Assembly: GCA_025786725.1 (NCBI GenBank)
Contig: JAHLTZ010000004.1
Span: 1-64,000 of the forward strand
Direction of reading: 5' to 3'
DNA: 64,000 bases
DNA from: Syncephalis fuscata S228
Lineage: Eukaryota > Fungi > Zoopagomycota
The notes below the pieces were generated by a model. That model saw nothing but the letters and a program-made list of their open reading frames with translations. It had not been told where the DNA came from and did not search any database. Below are positions 25,890 through 38,862 of the stretch, in pieces; within the stretch, counting starts at the first letter, position 1, and every line of letters begins with the position of its first letter. The position numbers and the translations under genes were made by a program.

Positions 25890-27517
25890 GCTAGTAGTAC
25901 GACAGTTTGCAGGCTATATACACTATTGTCACTTTACCAATTACTTTTTTCTTTTTCTTTGCCTCTTTACTACTTAGATGATTTCACTAATCAGTACTTT
26001 TTCCTAGTGTGTAGCCAGTGGTGTTTAAACTGTATTGTATTCGTCTTTTCATTATTGCGCTGCTTGTTCTGTTCCAGTACTGTGACCAGCGTCAGTGTCT
26101 GTAACTGATCGTTGATTGTTCATTCACTATTCATATGTTTTACCAATTTATAGGTTAACACGTTCATTTCTTTGAATTGTCAAATAAAACTTTTTATATT
26201 TTATTGAATTTGACATGTATTCTGCAAACATACTGATATCATACAAAGCGCCGTGTGTATGTTCTTATAGTATTTTCTAGACTTTTCTAACTTTCTCATT
26301 GATTGAAATAAAAATGCTTTAATTGCTTTACAATTATCATCTATTGCATAGCATCGATAACCGGCTGAACATGTAAACATACTAATAAAATTCGCATTTT
26401 CTAAAGCAACATATTATCAATTCTATTAACTAATAACGAATAGAAATAAACAAATGCAGGTGTCTATGTAATTTTATTGTTGTTATTACATTGTTACATT
26501 GTTAAAAAAAGACATGTTTCAAGTTCATCAGTCATATCAAGTTCCCTGTTCTACTTGAAATTTGATACCAATGACCGTCACTTTAATGTTAGCGAACTTG
26601 CATCATTGGTATTATTAATTAAACGTTGGTACAATGTATCGGTTGATGAACCGCAATAACAGCGTCAGGGAAAACAATCAACAACAGTATCAAATAAAGC
26701 ATGTCTTTGTTTTACACTCAACCAGTGTTTACCATAACAATGAAGTAGTGGTCTTTGTTCTTTGCGCACTAAGGCGGAATGCCAAACAGAATTTGCGGAC
26801 TTGCTCAAGCAGCCTGAATAGCAGCACTTTTCTATAGATTCTGCATTAAGCAAAAATTCCCATACAGTCCAATTCCGATCTTCTCTAACACGTTAATTAA
26901 TTGTTTTTGTAGCCAACAGTGTAGTCACAACAAATGGATCCTTAATTAACGTCCTGTTTAAGTAATCCCTTGCAATTATCCGGTGCATCCCAACTCCGCC
27001 ACCCTCTTGTCAAGGCGTCTAATCTTGTCGTACTTTGTTCTTTTCTTGTCATGTTTCTCCTTAAGTATTGTTGATATTAAACTAAGCCGTCGTTCTATTT
27101 ACAAAAGCATTCCTTCTTCTTCTCTTTCTACTTCTTTGCTTTCTTTCTTTCTCTTTTCTTTCATTTTCACGTTGCTACTCGTTTCTTGCAGTTTGTGCTA
27201 GGTCGCCTATTCAGAAACAAAAAGGTTAGTCCTATGTCGGTGTAACGCGAGTGGTTGGTTAATGTAAATGACTGGTGCCTTTACACGTTTATCATATAAT
27301 AATAATAATCGTCATCATTATCATCATGTTATTAAGACTTGTTTTCTTTTTTCTTGTAACACAATCTATAGCTCATTCAGGCATTCAATAATCTAAGCTG
27401 CTGGTTTACTCAGCAAAGATATTAAAGCATTTTGTTGCAGCTTGATGCTCAACAAAGCATTAATTTTGTACCTATTTCTACCTTTAACTGCGGCAACATT
27501 TACTTTTATCATCTAGC

Positions 27518-30500
27518 ATGGCATCTTTCTCAACTAACCAAGCACAAGTACCGCAAAAGTGGGAAAAGGCAATTGCAGCCTGGCACTCAGTGCATCCTCC
27601 TCATAACATAACTGAAGCAAGTAAAACACCCGTTTATCGACAAAACCAACAGCTAGTATTTCTTAATCGCAATATTTTCGTCCATTTATCTAAACATATA
27701 AGCCCAGTCGATGCTTTAAAACTTGCTCGCGTCAACCGCTATTCTTGGAAGAGAATTGTAGAACAAGATGTTGGTTTTTGGCGACGAATCTACGAGTATC
27801 GCTTTTCAGGAAATAATCATGAAGGCGAGCAAGAACGTGGATTTCTTGATGCTTTTATGGCAGCTGATGTATTGCCTGAAGCACCAATTCTAGCTGACAC
27901 ATCATTTCTACCTGAAGATATTTATCTAGCAATCGATACACAAAGCATAGCAAGTAGCACTACACATAGTGATAGCGAGAAACAAGATACAAAACAATCA
28001 ATAATAACCAATAATTCCGTTAATAATTTCGATTCCAATGAAGTCTCTTCCTTGTACCTACCACGTGCAAATCAACTTCGCCGTAAACGTGTTGAGGCAA
28101 AGCCACTAGGAACAAAAGCTTCTATATTAGTAGAAATACAAAATGTTCGTGATATGATAGCTCGCAATGTAATTAAACCAGATTCCGATGCTAAGTTATG
28201 TAAGTATTATTCATTATTAATAACAACATATTTACTAATACCGGCATTTTATTAGTAATTCATCCTAATGTTGATATTGGACACACATCACAAAAGACAC
28301 AGGCTTGCACAGCAACATTGTCAGAGATAAGCGATACGGATTCATATAGCGAAGATTCGTCGTCACAGTCCTTTAGTATTACTGCACAATTTGCCTTTTC
28401 TAGCTATGATGACGATGAGGCCGATAATGCCGATCAGTATAGTATTCATTCTAATGAAAGCGAGGCTACAGAATTAGGATATGATGCAAATCTTCAAGAG
28501 GAACGAGAAGCACGTCGTCGACGCCCTCGTGCAAGATCACTATCGGCTGCTACGCTTGTCTCTGCTTGTTCGCCGACCAGAGATTCAATGCCTAATCTAA
28601 AATCACCAAAGTCTAGTCCATTATCGCCGCTATCGGTATCTAATAGTGCTACGAAACAAGAGCCTTTGAAAAGCCCATTAACTCCACCAATGGACTGGCT
28701 GGCTGCCGGACAGGCACGTGCACAGGTTGAGACCAATTTGCGTCGCGGTACATGTAGTCGCCGAGTTGTCCAACTGCCCGATGATGCACAAGGTCCCATA
28801 TTTGTGCGGAAAAGCTTTGGCCGTTGGATTGCCGTTGATATTGGCACACGTGCTTATTTGCTTGAAGTGCGCCGAAAGCGACTTGGAGTATCTCGTAGCG
28901 CGTTGCTTAACGAACTTATTAACAATCCAGAGTTACGCGATGATAACAGTTTCAGCAGCGAGAATATAAGCCGCCAGAGCGGTTCTTTGTCTTTAATTCG
29001 TGAACACAGCGACACTACAACTGTTGCCACATTAGTTAGGCCATTTGGCGTTGAAGCAAATACAGAGCATCCAGCATCAATGAAAGACATCAACGATAGC
29101 AAACTCCCTGTAGAGATAAATGTGCAAGATGCTAACGATTCGTTAACTGCCACTGAGCGACGAGAAGCATGGCTAAAACATTGGACACGCTTATCGTTCG
29201 GTGAGCCTTTATTGAAATCTCGCGCCCCTCCAATGCCATCAACCAAATCGGCAAATACAACTATTAACAATTCATTTGACTGTAATGATGCCACTTTGAT
29301 TGAGGAATTTGAAGATAATCGTGTTCGATATAGATGGCATCAATTGGCGCTGGATACCGGCTCAACTGATCAATACGGCTGGACCGGTAATGGCGTTGTT
29401 CAAGTACTTATGAACGATCGTTACATGGTCCGAATGCTATATACTTCGAATCTGTCGCAAAAGGAATCAGGCACCGGACATTTGGGCAAAAACTCGGCCT
29501 CAGATTCAATGCGTATTGTTCATATATGGCGTCTTAACCAGACTAGCCATAGAACCGATGTTACAAATGAATTTGCTTCATTGCTTGAACCGTGCTATGC
29601 AGTGCTTGTGCCTCGTGATGCGGCATTTGAGCAGCTGCATGGTAGATGGCTATCAATCATGCTACCAACTACAATTGATGCTCGTCCAAACTGCAGAGCA
29701 TTGCGCGTTCTCGACTTGGAGTGTGGCGTATTATGTCCAGGCGAAATGCCACTTAATCCCGACGATGCTGCTCATTTGCATGCTGTTGGCGAAGAACGAG
29801 CGTTTGTCTACCAATGCACACTACGTGAAGCGCCATCAAATAAGAATGCCGATACGACAGGAAAATCGTCACGACAACAAGCCACCACTTCCAAATCAAG
29901 CAGTACTAATAATGAACTGTTACTCTGGCGTCTTTGGCAATTTAGCGTCATTCCACGCGCTGAAGGCAATGGCCCACAGCTTATTGGACAAAGTGTTTTA
30001 TGCATTACTTCGTCGGCCGATCATAGACTAAGCAAGCGATCTGTTAATTTACACAGTAGCTTTATTGATACAAGCCACGTTCTACTCTGGAGTGATCGTG
30101 GCTGGCTTGCCGTTCATCATTTGCGATTTAATTCATTTGTCTGGGAGTCATTTGGCGAGCCGCTAGCCAATGTTGTTATGTATCCTTCGGCAAAACGTTT
30201 AATGCTTGTTTCATCACGGCAAGCTCGTGCTGTTGTTGTACGTCTAACCGATGGATACAAAGCAGGCATTACATCACGTAGCAGGAAAGCTGCGCCGAAA
30301 AAAGCAAATCGCCTATCAACGACAATGAAACTAGCAAAGTCAAAGCAACCAAAAACCAATTTAAATACAGTACTTCCTGCCCCCAGTTGCTATTCCATTG
30401 TGGCAGATGTGCCATCAACCCAGCGAGTAAAGCCTAAAAAGACTACAAATACCGCTTTATCCGGCGCAAGAAATTCGATTTCGAAGCCGCGCGAAAAAGT

Positions 30501-30849
30501 ACCTGCACCGCCACGGCACGACACAGCATCGGAAGTCAGTATTGAGGAAAAAGGATCGCCTGGCACAACGGTGTATTGGCCAGAGAGTTCTCTGGCCACA
30601 CATATTATTGGCTCGCTGTTCTGTCGAGCCGACCATGGAGTTGGCGCATCGCCTATATGGCTAATGGATGTAAAGACCGGCGGAGGACGTGTTGGTTTAA
30701 TTCGGCCAGATAAACGACCAGCGGAAACGCCCGAAACCTGGGCACCGGCCGTCGATACGCGTGTCAATATACTTTCAGCTGGTCCATGCTTAATAGATGT
30801 CTATCAGCGTAATGCCCAACTTGTGATTTGGGATTTTATGGATATATAG
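27518..30849 (+). CDS. Divergent F-box protein with C-terminal beta-rich (propeller-like) region; paralog of 55998-57575
   Basis: F-box-like LVFLNRNIFVHLSKHISPVDALKLARVNRYSW...FWRRIYEYRF. Intron 28200-28255 joins the ORFs in frame. DWLAAGQARAQVETNLRRG motif, VLDLECG, and C-terminal LVIWDF. Confidence 0.8.
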
Positions 30850-31270
30850 TTATGCGGTTTTTGTACTAAACATATATTTACTTTTAAGTTTTAATAAACA
30901 TTTGCATTAATAATATAGTAAATAATAATGTTTTAATTAATAAATGTACCAGTTATTACATATACATGTGCATGAAACTAGACTAAAATAAAATAGAATT
31001 AAATATAACAGAACATTGTATCAGTAATAATATTAAACATTTAAATAAAGCTTACTTTCAATATCTAAATAGTCTCAGTGGAAGACGAACCCGCGTTTTC
31101 GGTGGTAATTGTATTAATTTGAGATGGTCTGGTATTTCCATCCCAGATTAAAGCTATTTTACTTTGAATCCTACATTCTGAGTCCCCAGTGCAAAATTCC
31201 TTTTAGACTCATTTAGTTAATATACGCATCACAATTATATTACTTTTTATTGAAATACTGCTGATAAATT

Positions 31271-31609
31271 AATTTAGATACATAATGTAACATACTATTT
31301 GATTTCTTTGGAACATTTGAGGTTGATTATTATTGTTATTGGCCATGTGTAGAAAGATTGATCGAATATTAATAGAAGCCATATGATTGCAGTTTATACT
31401 ATTTTGCATTTGTTATTGTTGCATCTATGTACAGCGTAGATTATTGCATCTAAATGGCCTTTTCTATTTTCTAATGTTCTACTATTGCATTTTGGGCATC
31501 TTGTGATGTAAGATCAAGATTAATATAATTAGTATAAATGTTGTTTATTAAACAGCCACTTCCACTATAGCCAATTCAACTAAGTAAATGACATTTTGAA
31601 CAATTAATA
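31271..31609 (-). mobile_element. Decayed Fanzor/TnpB C-terminal fragment, dispersed repeat copy 1
   Basis: About 80-85% identical (manual alignment) to 55421-55758. The minus strand reads INLDLTSQ/CPKCNSRTLENRKGHLDAIIYAVHRCNNNKCKIV/NCNHMASINIRSIFLHMANNNNNQPQMFQR, with two 1-nt gaps. Confidence 0.8.
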
Positions 31610-32564
31610 TCACTGTCATGAATAAGACAACCAACTAATTAATAGAATAGAATAGAGCAAAGACCAGTACTTTATTATAAAATGGGCAAATCATGTATGT
31701 ATTTATGGCGAGTGTTTGCTAGACAAGTATCTTAATTTTTTACGTCGAGCAATAAGACACACTTTTATCGTTAAACTCATGCAGTTGTAAAAAAAATGTA
31801 TAAAGTTAACTTCTTAGTGTGGGAAATAATTAATTGTTAATAATTACCCAATATGGCAATAACACAATATATAAAAATTTAGAGCCATAGTTTACAGCTA
31901 AATATCCAGCATCAGTATAATTACTAACGGTACTCTATAGCAGATATTGAAATGGGTCATGAGTAAGGAATTATATTTGATTATTGCATTCCCCGTATCA
32001 ATAGAAAGCAGATCGTCATATTATTAAGTAAAGCACGACCTACTGCAAGTCAAGACCATAGTGGTGATCACTGTGCAACAGCCATTAAATTAGTTAGCTA
32101 GTAAAATTGTAGACATTCTTTGTAGTGTTACACTTTTCGTGTTACAATTCAGTAAATTTAACAAGTCTAACAAACACACTGAGTAATCGACCGGTTTATA
32201 TACATATATCAATTTTAAAAAGTGCCATTTATACTTTTAGTGCACATGAAATATCAATTTTAATACGTATTTAAATTACGCAGTATGCAACTGCAAATTA
32301 ACAATATTATTGTATCCACAACTCAAGCATCACTAATAATCTGTTTGTGTAAATCTTGGTATAGATAAACCAGGTTTGAATTCAAAACTGTCTGGTAGTT
32401 TGTCGCTTATTCAAATATGGAGTAGCTGATTGTTAAAAATAATCGTTCGTTAAAATGTGTTTTAAAATTTCAAACAGTCTGTTATTGAATCTGCTACAGT
32501 CTTCTACGTCAAGTTTCATTTCAGGCCTATATTACTAGTGCGCTTGACTATTTACTGGTAACAA

Positions 32565-32683
32565 TTGCGATAAAAAACCTTAAGGTGCTTGCGATAAAGA
32601 ACCTCAAAGTACTTACGAGAAGGAACCTTAAAGTGCTTGCGGTAGAGAATCTTAAGTGCTCGCAACATGGAACTTTGAAATGC
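32565..32683. repeat. Minisatellite, 5 x 24-bp degenerate tandem units
   Basis: Units: ttgcgataaaaaaccttaaggtgc / ttgcgataaagaacctcaaagtac / ttacgagaaggaaccttaaagtgc / ttgcggtagagaatctt-aagtgc / tcgcaacatggaactttgaaatgc. Confidence 0.9.
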
Positions 32684-33251
32684 CGAAGCATTCTATTGGC
32701 TCCAAGATCTCAAACAAATTTAATACCATGGCATTCATAACTGGATATCTATTTTTATTTGTTTATTTGTATGTCATATATTAAGCAAAGAATAGAAAAT
32801 AACAAATATCCTACTGTGCCGCATAAAGCGCTTGCTGTGAAACCGTCTAATTCGAGGCCTTATCAACCTAATACACATATTCGGGATATGAATTAGCTAA
32901 CACTGGTAAATTGTGTATAGCATAGGGGTATTTGTTACAAGCTAACAGCTGGTTATACAAATATCCAGTGTCAATCCATCGGTAATGTGTGACTGTGTTT
33001 TATTGTATTACAGGCTCAAATTTCATCGCACAGATACGGCGTTTATTATAAAAGCCGTGCTTGTTGAAGTATTTTTGTAAAGCATTATAGCTACACGCCA
33101 TCAATTTTACGTTCAACACCTTAACAATTACGTGATCCACTTACGACAACCCAACTTACGATTACACTGTCTTTGAACTCACTGGTTTTAAGCAGCCTTT
33201 ATTTTATCTGATCAATCTGCGTATCACAACTCTTCGCTTTCTATCACCAAC

Positions 33252-35215
33252 ATGCATATCAACCTACTTATTGCCTCGTTGATCCTGGCATCTGTCGGCG
33301 CCGTTTCTTGTGACAACCAACGAATTGAGGTTGACTCTATCATTCCCAAGATTAACGTTGCTTCTGCAGTCCGCGATTTGTCGCCCGATCTAAGCACCTA
33401 CAAGCCACCGGCATCATTTGCATCTCAAAGTGCACAAGAGGCTGCACTTGAATTTGTTCGTTCCCAGCTCCATATCAAGAATGGCGACTTTATTGTGACC
33501 AACTCGCACAAGTCCGAGACCAGCGGTACCACTCATGTCTATCTTCAGCAAACCATCAAAGACATTAACGTTTCGAATGGTGTTGTGGGTATTCACGTCG
33601 ACAAAGCAAACAAGATCATTGCCTACGACGACAGCTTCTTCAAGACCAACAAAGCTAACCAGTTTGTAGCTCAACCACTCAAAACATGGGATAGCCAGAC
33701 TACCGGATTTGTTTCTCCTGCTGATGCATTGGGTAAACTTGCCGCGCACATCAAACAGCAATTCGATGCCAGCAAGGTCCAAACTGTACCGCAAGCTAAA
33801 TCTGCAGGTAGTGGCCAGTCATATCTGCTCAAGAATGTCGACTTTACCACGTCCCCAGTAAAAGTGTCACAATCATACATCCAAACAAGTGCCAATGAAG
33901 TGGAGCCTGCTTGGGAGTTTACAGTCAAGATGCCGTTTAACCATTTCTTAGTCCATGTATCGGCCGATGGCACCAAAATACTTGCATTAAAGATTTGGTG
34001 AAGTTTGCTAGTTACAATGTTGTTAAAATTGGCAACAATAATCCTATTGATACGCCACGCCAGGTTGTCACAGACCCAGCCGACAAGATTGCATCACCAA
34101 ATGGCTGGCACACACAGGGAAGCAAAAGATTCACCACTACAGTTGGTAACAATGTATTTGCTCAGGCCAACTACAATGTTAGAAGCAAAATAGGAGATGT
34201 GGTTGATGATAGTGAAGCTAATTGGAAAAACAACCCCCGTCCAGATGGCGGAAGTAGTCTAAATTTTAACTTCCCATACGACCCTAGAAAAGCACCAAAA
34301 GATAATGCCAACGCAGCTGTTACCAACCTATTCTACGCTACTAACAGTATGCACGATATTTTCTACAAGTATGGTTTCAATGAAGCTGCTGGCAACTTCC
34401 AAGAAGATAATGGCAACAAAGGTGGTAGGGGCGGCGATGCTGTAGCTGCTCAAGCGTTGCAAGGCTACGATTCTCCAGGCTATCGTGGCAATGCATTCTT
34501 TACAGAATCAATTGATGGTGAACGACCAACAATGGCAATGTTTGTCTTTGACGAGATAAGACCAGGCCGCGATGGAGATTTTTCAAATGATATTATTTCG
34601 CACGAATATGGCCATGGTATATCTGGTCGACTAACCGGTGGCAGTGGAAAATCAGGCTGCTTATCAGGTGCCGAAGCTAGCGGCATGGCCGAAGGTTGGA
34701 GCGACTTCTTTGCTTACTGGCTTGAGATGAAACCATCTGATAAGTCTACCAAAAATGTTGAAATGGGCAAATACGTTGCTGGTAGAAATATTCGTAATTA
34801 CCCATACTCAACTAGCTTGGCCACAAATCCAAAATCTTATAATGATTTAAACAAATTTGGACAAAAGTTTGAACCACACGATATTGGTGAGAACTGGGCC
34901 GTAATGCTATATGAGGTCTACTGGAATCTTGTTAATAAGCTTGGATTCCAGACAAACATATACACTCCTGATCTTACCAAAGGCAACACTCTTTTACTTC
35001 AAATTGTCATTGATGGCCTGAAATTACAACCATGTAATCCAACCTTTATTCAAGCTCGAGATGCCATGATTCAAGCCGAAAAACAATTGACCGGCGGTAA
35101 ACATGCCTGTGAACTCTGGCGCGGATTTGCCAAACGAGGTCTCGGCTATGATGCTATGAGTAGACTTATTATTAGAGTACCAAGCACCAACTTACCACCC
35201 ACTTGTAAGCCGTAG
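33252..35215 (+). CDS. Secreted fungalysin metallopeptidase (M36) with FTP propeptide
   Basis: Signal peptide, propeptide SGTTHVYLQQTI, ASPNGWH, TVGNNV, YGFNEAAGNFQ, zinc motif HEYGHG, EGWSDF, QPCNPTFIQARDA and WRGFAKRGLG. Intronless. 1-nt frameshift at AAA 33989-33991. Confidence 0.95.
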
Positions 35216-36162
35216 ACATACAATCGCATAGTAATACGCAAATAGAGTGTTGAACTAGAAATAAATCAGCATTTTAACATTGCTAAAATTTGATTTATTA
35301 TAAAACAAAAATTTAAGTTAATTAGTTGTAAATGTTATATTTGATATTCTAAATTTAGCGTATCATAACCACTTTGTAATATTTTTTTTTTATTATTATT
35401 TTTATTTTTTTTATTAGCTAAATATGATGTATCTAATTTATTTTTACTTAATACTATTTTGCTATAATTATTTGTATACTATTATATTGTACTTTTTGAT
35501 AGTTAGTCAAAAATAAAACTTTCTTGCAAATATTAATAAGCTACAGTTGGTTATATCTAATACATAATACTGCTACTCAAACAATAATAAAAATGACTTT
35601 TATAATCCAATTCATTTTAGCTTATTATCAGAATTTATACAGTTACAACTTTTGTTATAAGTATGCTAATTTGAGCTATTGTTATAAGTTAAAGTCATTT
35701 AATACTAATAATGGTTTTTATTAAATTGATATTAAAACATTTGACTAAGCTACTTAAGTTACATAATTTTATTACTGGTGTCGTAGCAATATTATTTATT
35801 ATTGAATCAAAACAGATCAAGTTTTGTAATAAAAATAATAGCATCTGTTGAGCTATTACGATTGTTAGTATATATTGAATAATTAAATATGCACTTGATA
35901 CTTTTATTTGTATGCCTTTTGGTTTTGCAATTAAGAATGTAGCAACATCATTTACAATTGCCAACAAGCCTAAACTTACAATGGTAGACTTCGGTTCTTT
36001 GATAATAGTAAATATAGCTTTTTAAATAATTTAAAATTAAAAAACGGGGCATTTTTCAAAATTCCCCAAAATAAATAAATTTAATTACCATATTTAGTAC
36101 TGCCAAAAGCTTAACATTGTTAATGTTTTATTTATTTATTGCTTATATGTAAAAGCAAAATT

Positions 36163-37799
36163 CTATATACTTGAGCGACCACTTCTATCAAAATGCCGAA
36201 TAATGTCTATTAGTTCTTTGACTTCTTTACCGACAAAATGTGCCTCTGTTGTTGTATAGCCATCATCTTCAGCCGCTGGATCTTCAGGTGTAGATTTTCC
36301 TTCGTCATCCTTATTATCGCCAATAGGAGAATTCGGGTTCCAAGTGCCGTCGCTAGCAATACTGGGCAACTTCGTTGGACAGTCGGTGCGCATTTTAGTA
36401 AGCTCAGTTAGTGCTGGCTCGATTGCACCGGCCCATTCGTCTCGTTTCGTAAGATAGTTATCTAGTTGGAAATGACGTTTAAGAAATCCTGGTATTGAAG
36501 AGTGTTCAAATTGCGATGTTGGTTGCGGACCTTGTGCCTCATGATATACTATAGATTGTACAAACAAGTCAGTCAATTGGCAATATACTCGGCTATTCGT
36601 TACACTCACCTGAGCCACGACGAAGCCATGGTGAAACCAAAATACTAAATGATTGCTTATTAATAAATAACATGTAAATAAATGACAACTTACGTTGGGA
36701 CACGAATGCCTAAACGGTCAAAGCGGAAACCGGCACCGGCCTCGCCCTTGTTGCCATCCACGCCATCAGGTGATGGAACACCGGCCATTGGTGGGGAGAC
36801 GTGGTCGTAGTATCCACCGTTTTCGTCATATGTGATAACAAGTAATGTTTTGTTCCAAGCTGGGGATGCACGCAATGTTTCGTAAACTCGTTTGATAAAC
36901 CTTTCTGCTGCAGCCGAACTATGTGGCGGATGGTTATCGTTGGCTGGAAAGTTTTTAAAGTCATGATAGCCTGGCTCAAGTATAGAGTACTTTGGAAGTT
37001 TGTTTTCACGGGCATGCTGATAGAACCGATCTATTAGAAGGAAATTGCGTAAATTGTTACTAGAGCGCAGCTCAGTCATCGTCATAGAGAGAGGGAAATC
37101 GTGGAAATAAATTTTCCAATCTATTTTCTTTTTGTTAAGATTTTGGTAGATTGTTTTTTGCTGATAACCTTTAACTAGCTTCATGTAAAGATGGTCAGTA
37201 ACGCCGTTACTAGTCGCCGCGTGGAGATATTGGCGATTGGGTAGCGTAGGACCAGGCATCGAAGCAAACCACCGGTCAAATACGGCAAATTCTTTGGCCA
37301 ATGTATGTGTAATAGGAAGCGAGTCGGCCGGCCATGCCGACATCACATGCTGGCGGCATTCTGTGATATTGGGACCTTTGGTAATGAGCTCTGCGGCAGT
37401 ATGTGCAAATCCATTCATGGGTGCAGTTTTGGGATAAGGCGTCGGCACCTTATCAAGGCCAAATATCTCCTTGTTACTGTCGAGTATAGTGTGCTCTGGA
37501 TCGAGTGGTGCCCGCCAATAAGTATTGTTTTTGACCGTTAGAAATCCTTTGCGCTGATCCTTAAGGTCCCAGTAGTTCTTTTCGTCGCCTTTGAGCCCAT
37601 CGAGTTCTGGAATAGCTGAATTCATTCTACCAAGAATATGATCGAATGAACGATTCTCTAACATTAGGACAACAACATGCTCAATACGATTATCTCGAAT
37701 TTCTTTGTTCAAATTTTTTAAAATATTTTCATCATATCGTGCACCAGCAGCAGAGACGCAGACTGTTAATAAATATGCGGCAGTGACTAGTTTAAGCAT
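36163..37799 (-). CDS. Secreted phosphoesterase family protein (non-specific phospholipase C / acid phosphatase type)
   Basis: Signal peptide MLKLVTAAYLLTVCVSAAGA. Motifs IEHVVVLMLENRSFDH, FAVFDRWFASMPGPTLPNR, NDNHP, ITYDENGGYYDHV, RLGIRVPT and FEHSSIP...LTKRDEWAG. Two short introns at ~36645-36693 and ~36550-36609. Confidence 0.93.
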
Positions 37800-38862
37800 T
37801 TTGATAGCAATATTGGAATTTAGAGTGTTGTTTCGACGCATGCTGGTAGAATATAGACGCATCTTTTTAAGGATTGCGCACTGCTTTTACGATAAAAATA
37901 CGAGATATATTAAAGTTGTAAGATTGAATTAAAGAATGTGAAATTAAATTACAATAATGGTCGTTTTATAGCGACATCGATCAAGTTTACCAGCTATTTG
38001 GAATTTTTATTCAAAACCAAAAATGAATGCTGAACCATTTTAATTGGCTGTAAGCAATACAGTATATTGGTCGCCTATGTTTTTAGTAATTCAATGTTAT
38101 ATTTAAATGCTCAAAAGGCCTCAATCAACATAATTTAGTAATATGCTAGTTGATGGTTAAATTTGGCGCAAAACCAGGCCTAGATCAATCAGTTTGATGC
38201 TTTTAGCATATAAATTTAGTATTAAAAACGTGTATTCGTTAAAGCAAAATGAATTTAACCTGTTTAGCATAGGCGAAAAGGTGGCTAGATGTCTGTGATA
38301 TTTGAGCCCAATAATTAAGTGTTTAGCTAAAGCATTTGGATAAAGAAAAGTTTTTATTATTCAGCCTATCATACAGGCACAATATCTAAAGCTGCTAATA
38401 AATTGCTGATGGGTTTAGTTTGTTTAAAATTCTATGCTAATAATTGGAATTAAAGCTATGTTAAACAGCTTGTATTACAGCCGATGAATTACAAGTTATT
38501 GACTGGTTATAAATTTTAATTGTTGTTATCAATGCTATTATTTCGGATAAATTAACAAAGTATATTATTTGTGTACTAAATATAGGTATAGCACATATCT
38601 TTAAAGACTACAATTAATTGCAGTGCATAAAACTATAATTTGCTCATTAACGTTTCGCATCACTTAGCTCCATGTTAAATATACTATTACTATTTCAATG
38701 TTCAACAATAATAGACAGATAGCAAATAATTTGTAATCTCAAAGTATATAATCAAATAAATAGCCACTTTTGTTATGTATAAATATTGTTTAAATAGCCA
38801 TGGGCAACAGTTTATTAAAAACTATAACAATTTCCTAGCAGATGCTGACAATAATAAGCATC

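Noticed and set aside
25200-27200. Several 60-90 aa ORFs in the YAR1/F-box intergenic region (likewise 17389-18192 and 48213-50292)
   Set aside because: AT-rich, mostly non-ATG starts, with no recognisable motifs or splice structure.
31075-31200. Relatively GC-rich patch next to Fanzor copy 1, considered as tRNA/snRNA or omegaRNA
   Set aside because: No cloverleaf, T-loop or Sm-site consensus recognised, and no similarity to the hairpin of copy 2.
32565-32683. CRISPR-like array
   Set aside because: Units are head-to-tail with no unique spacers, the context is eukaryotic, and there are no cas genes.
33252-35215. Fungalysin, permease and YME2 as true pseudogenes
   Set aside because: Only isolated homopolymer indels with fully conserved motifs and no nonsense decay; assembly error is more parsimonious.
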